Position numbers and translations under genes: made by a program
Assembly (NCBI GenBank): GCA_002862165.1
Contig: PKCL01000487.1
Coordinates: forward strand, 1-35,970
Length of the DNA: 35,970 nucleotides
Source of the DNA: Planctomycetaceae bacterium
Lineage (GTDB): Bacteria > Planctomycetota > Planctomycetia > Pirellulales > UBA1268
Direction: 5' to 3'
The notes under the pieces: model-generated
The model's database searches: none
The model's input: the letters and a program-made list of their open reading frames with translations, nothing else
What the model was told of the DNA's origin: nothing
Shown here: piece after piece, positions 33,691 to 35,970 of the stretch
Layout of the letters: each line of letters opens with the position of its first letter
Position numbering within the stretch: the stretch's first letter is position 1

Positions 33691-35970
33691 ATGATGATGC
33701 GTTTCATTCCCAACACGAGATTTCCAACTTCATTTTGTGTAGCAGAGCGTATTGAGTACCGAGTCTCTAGCGGTCTTCTTGATAGCTTTTCTGAATGGTG
33801 GCACATACCTGTTTTCGTTGCATGTATAGCAACAGTAGTGGGGACGGTCCTGTGGATATATCATCACGACGCTGCTGAGATACCCCGCTGGAAAGGTATT
33901 CCCTTGGCTTTCTTGCGAATTTTTGCATGGACAATACTACTGTTTGGATTACTCGATATGAGACGAACAGCAGAGCATGAAATTACGTTCCCCTCGAGAG
34001 TGGCTGTTCTTGTTGATGAGAGCGCGAGCATGACACTAGCGGCCAACACTGATTCCACTACAGCCTCAAAGAAACAGCCAGAGGAAGTCACAAGCCGTGC
34101 CAACGTTGCCAGCAACATACTTCAAAACAGTGACTTCTTAAGTGCTCTCCGGAAAACACACGAGGTGTCCGTGTGGAGTTTTTCAACGAACTCTCAAAAA
34201 ATTGCATTGCTTCCTCAAGAAAGTCCATCACTCCAAGGCAACGCGACCGATAATGACCAGGATTGGCAAGAAAAGCTTCTTCCGCAGGGATCAGAAACCC
34301 GTCTTGGCGATGCCCTTCTAAACGTTCTACGAGGTGAGCCGGATGAATCACTCAGTGGCATCATTGTACTTACTGACGGTGGAAACAATGCTGGAATTGA
34401 ACCAGTGCAGGCTGCATCGAAAGTCGCTGAAACATCGACAGAAGTCCACGTCATAGGACTTGGCTCGGAACGATTGCCTGCGAATGTACGCGTAGCTGAT
34501 CTGCTTTCGCCACCACGCATTTTCCCCGGGGACAGTTTTAGTATCACTGGCTATCTCCAAAGCCAGGGTCTTGAGGGTGAGATTGCGCAAGTGGAGCTTC
34601 TTGAAGCAGAGGCTGAGGCAATGATCGGTGCTTCTTCAAACGAAACGCCGAGTGGTCGTGTTATCGATACGACTGAAGTTCAACTTGCTGCAGATGGTGA
34701 ACTCTTAGCAGTACGGTTTGACCTCGATGGGCTCGAAACTCCCGGAAGTCGTGTTCTTGCAATCCGTGTGATCCCCCCATCCGCAGACAGCAACTCAGGA
34801 GACAATCTTGAAGCTGCCGACATTGAAGTTGTTGATAGCAAAACTCAGGTATTGCTACTCTCCGGTGGACCGAGTCGTGAATATCGTTTCTTGCGGAATG
34901 TTCTGCAGCGAGATCAGAGTTTCGCTGTTGACGTACTTCTCAATTCTGCGCCATCTGGCATATCACAAGATGCACGAAAAATCCTTGACAGCTTTCCAGT
35001 AAGTAGTGAAGCGGTGGATGAATATGACGTTATTATTGCTATCGACTACGACTGGGAAGAATTAGACCCCGCGTCTATCGCTCGCCTTGAACGCTGGGTG
35101 AGTGAAGACTCTGGAGGCCTTCTGTTCGTTGCTGGCAACGTCTTCATGCAACAGTGGCTTACAAACAGACGTTTTGAATCGATCCGAAACCTTCACCCTG
35201 TAGAACTTCGCCGTGGTGAGCAGCTTCTTCTTACACCACAATTGGCAGCGACTGATCCACTACCGCTCCGCTTCAGTCCTGATGGGAACGATAGTGAGTT
35301 TTTATGGCTCTCCACAAACCCCATCGCCAGCCAAACTATCTGGAGTGAGTTCCCAGGTGTTTACGCGTGCTTCGACACAGCAGTCGCGAAACCCGGGGCT
35401 ACGGTGTATGCCAGAATAGGACGGAATGACGGTCTTGGAATGAGTAGAGAAGGGCCCATCTACCTCGCCGGCCAACTCTATGGATCTGGCACAGTCTTCT
35501 ATGCAGGAAGTGGCGAACTGTGGCGAATCCGCGCTGTAGATCCCACAGCCCACGAACGACTGGTCACGCAAATGGTTCGACACGTTGCCCAAGGACGGCT
35601 CTTAAGAGGTTCCAGTCGTGGCCGACTGATACTTGAAAGAGATCGTTACCCAGTTGGAGAATCAGTGACCGCACGTATCATGGAGACTACAGCTGGCACT
35701 CAACCAAAACTCGAAGTCATTACTCCGGACGGTCAGCGGATCACAGTGCCCGTTGCCTCAGATCCAGTTCGCGCTGGCGGACTCCAGGGAAGTTTTGTTG
35801 TCACCAGCGAGGGCAGCTGGCAGATCATTCTTACTATTGATGACACTCAACGGGAACGAACAGTCCGAAGGATTCAAGCAGCGCTACCAGACCGCGAACT
35901 TATTCAGCCAAAACTTCAGCGCAAGACTCTGAGTCAAATTGCTACCGCTACTGGTGGCTTAGCATGGTTC
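33691..35970 (+). CDS. Membrane-anchored vWA-domain protein (BatB-like) with a GATase1-like C-terminal region; 3' end outside window
   Basis: Not in the ORF track. I translated frame 1 from ATG 33691 to 35970 (760 codons) and found no stop. Two TM helices, MIDAS VAVLVDESASM, IIVLTDGGNNAG, VHVIGLGS, later SGGLLFVAGNVF and YLAGQLYGSGTVFYAGSGELWRIR. Confidence 0.85.
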   Translation, partial: MMMRFIPNTRFPTSFCVAERIEYRVSSGLLDSFSEWWHIPVFVACIATVVGTVLWIYHHDAAEIPRWKGIPLAFLRIFAWTILLFGLLDMRRTAEHEITFPSRVAVLVDESASMTLAANTDSTTASKKQPEEVTSRANVASNILQNSDFLSALRKTHEVSVWSFSTNSQKIALLPQESPSLQGNATDNDQDWQEKLLPQGSETRLGDALLNVLRGEPDESLSGIIVLTDGGNNAGIEPVQAASKVAETSTEVHVIGLGSERLPANVRVADLLSPPRIFPGDSFSITGYLQSQGLEGEIAQVELLEAEAEAMIGASSNETPSGRVIDTTEVQLAADGELLAVRFDLDGLETPGSRVLAIRVIPPSADSNSGDNLEAADIEVVDSKTQVLLLSGGPSREYRFLRNVLQRDQSFAVDVLLNSAPSGISQDARKILDSFPVSSEAVDEYDVIIAIDYDWEELDPASIARLERWVSEDSGGLLFVAGNVFMQQWLTNRRFESIRNLHPVELRRGEQLLLTPQLAATDPLPLRFSPDGNDSEFLWLSTNPIASQTIWSEFPGVYACFDTAVAKPGATVYARIGRNDGLGMSREGPIYLAGQLYGSGTVFYAGSGELWRIRAVDPTAHERLVTQMVRHVAQGRLLRGSSRGRLILERDRYPVGESVTARIMETTAGTQPKLEVITPDGQRITVPVASDPVRAGGLQGSFVVTSEGSWQIILTIDDTQRERTVRRIQAALPDRELIQPKLQRKTLSQIATATGGLAWF

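Noticed and set aside
29347-35970. The MoxR-vWA set as a conflict/defence-type MoxR-vWA ternary system
   Set aside because: The partners are DUF58 and BatA_N/vWA membrane proteins of the classical Bat type. No effector-like domain (protease, nuclease, TIR, caspase-like) or STAND-type component was seen.

Overview
This window reads like a Planctomycetota (PVC) chromosome; that placement is inferred from gene content only. It contains five sulfatase genes plus one decayed sulfatase fragment, four of the intact genes arranged in two minus-strand operons. It also contains membrane-lipid genes (a FAD2/DesA-type desaturase and an LplT-PlsC fusion) and a translationally coupled crtN-crtP-acyltransferase-crtQ operon for a C30 carotenoid glycolipid. 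Housekeeping genes are purE-purK, a Sua5/TsaC gene and an HU gene, with two tRNAs (Arg-ACG, Phe-GAA). From 23.2 kb to the window end there is an uninterrupted plus-strand block: a ~1600-aa membrane-anchored protein with two beta-propellers and helical regions, a secreted QW-repeat (prenyltransferase-fold) protein, and MoxR - DUF58 - BatA_N/vWA - vWA genes. The last gene (33691 to window end) is missing from the supplied ORF track because it has no stop in the window; I translated it by hand. I saw no CRISPR array, IS element, intact integrase, nuclease or toxin gene. The only mobility trace is a short serine-recombinase C-terminal relic abutting tRNA-Arg. The best candidate for an uncharacterised system is the 12.7-kb plus-strand block, but its MoxR/DUF58/vWA core is a widespread (functionally unsolved) family, so the novelty claim is modest. 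All calls rest on motifs read by eye. No database search, folding or statistics were run, and start codons are approximate because the ORF track uses GTG/TTG starts.
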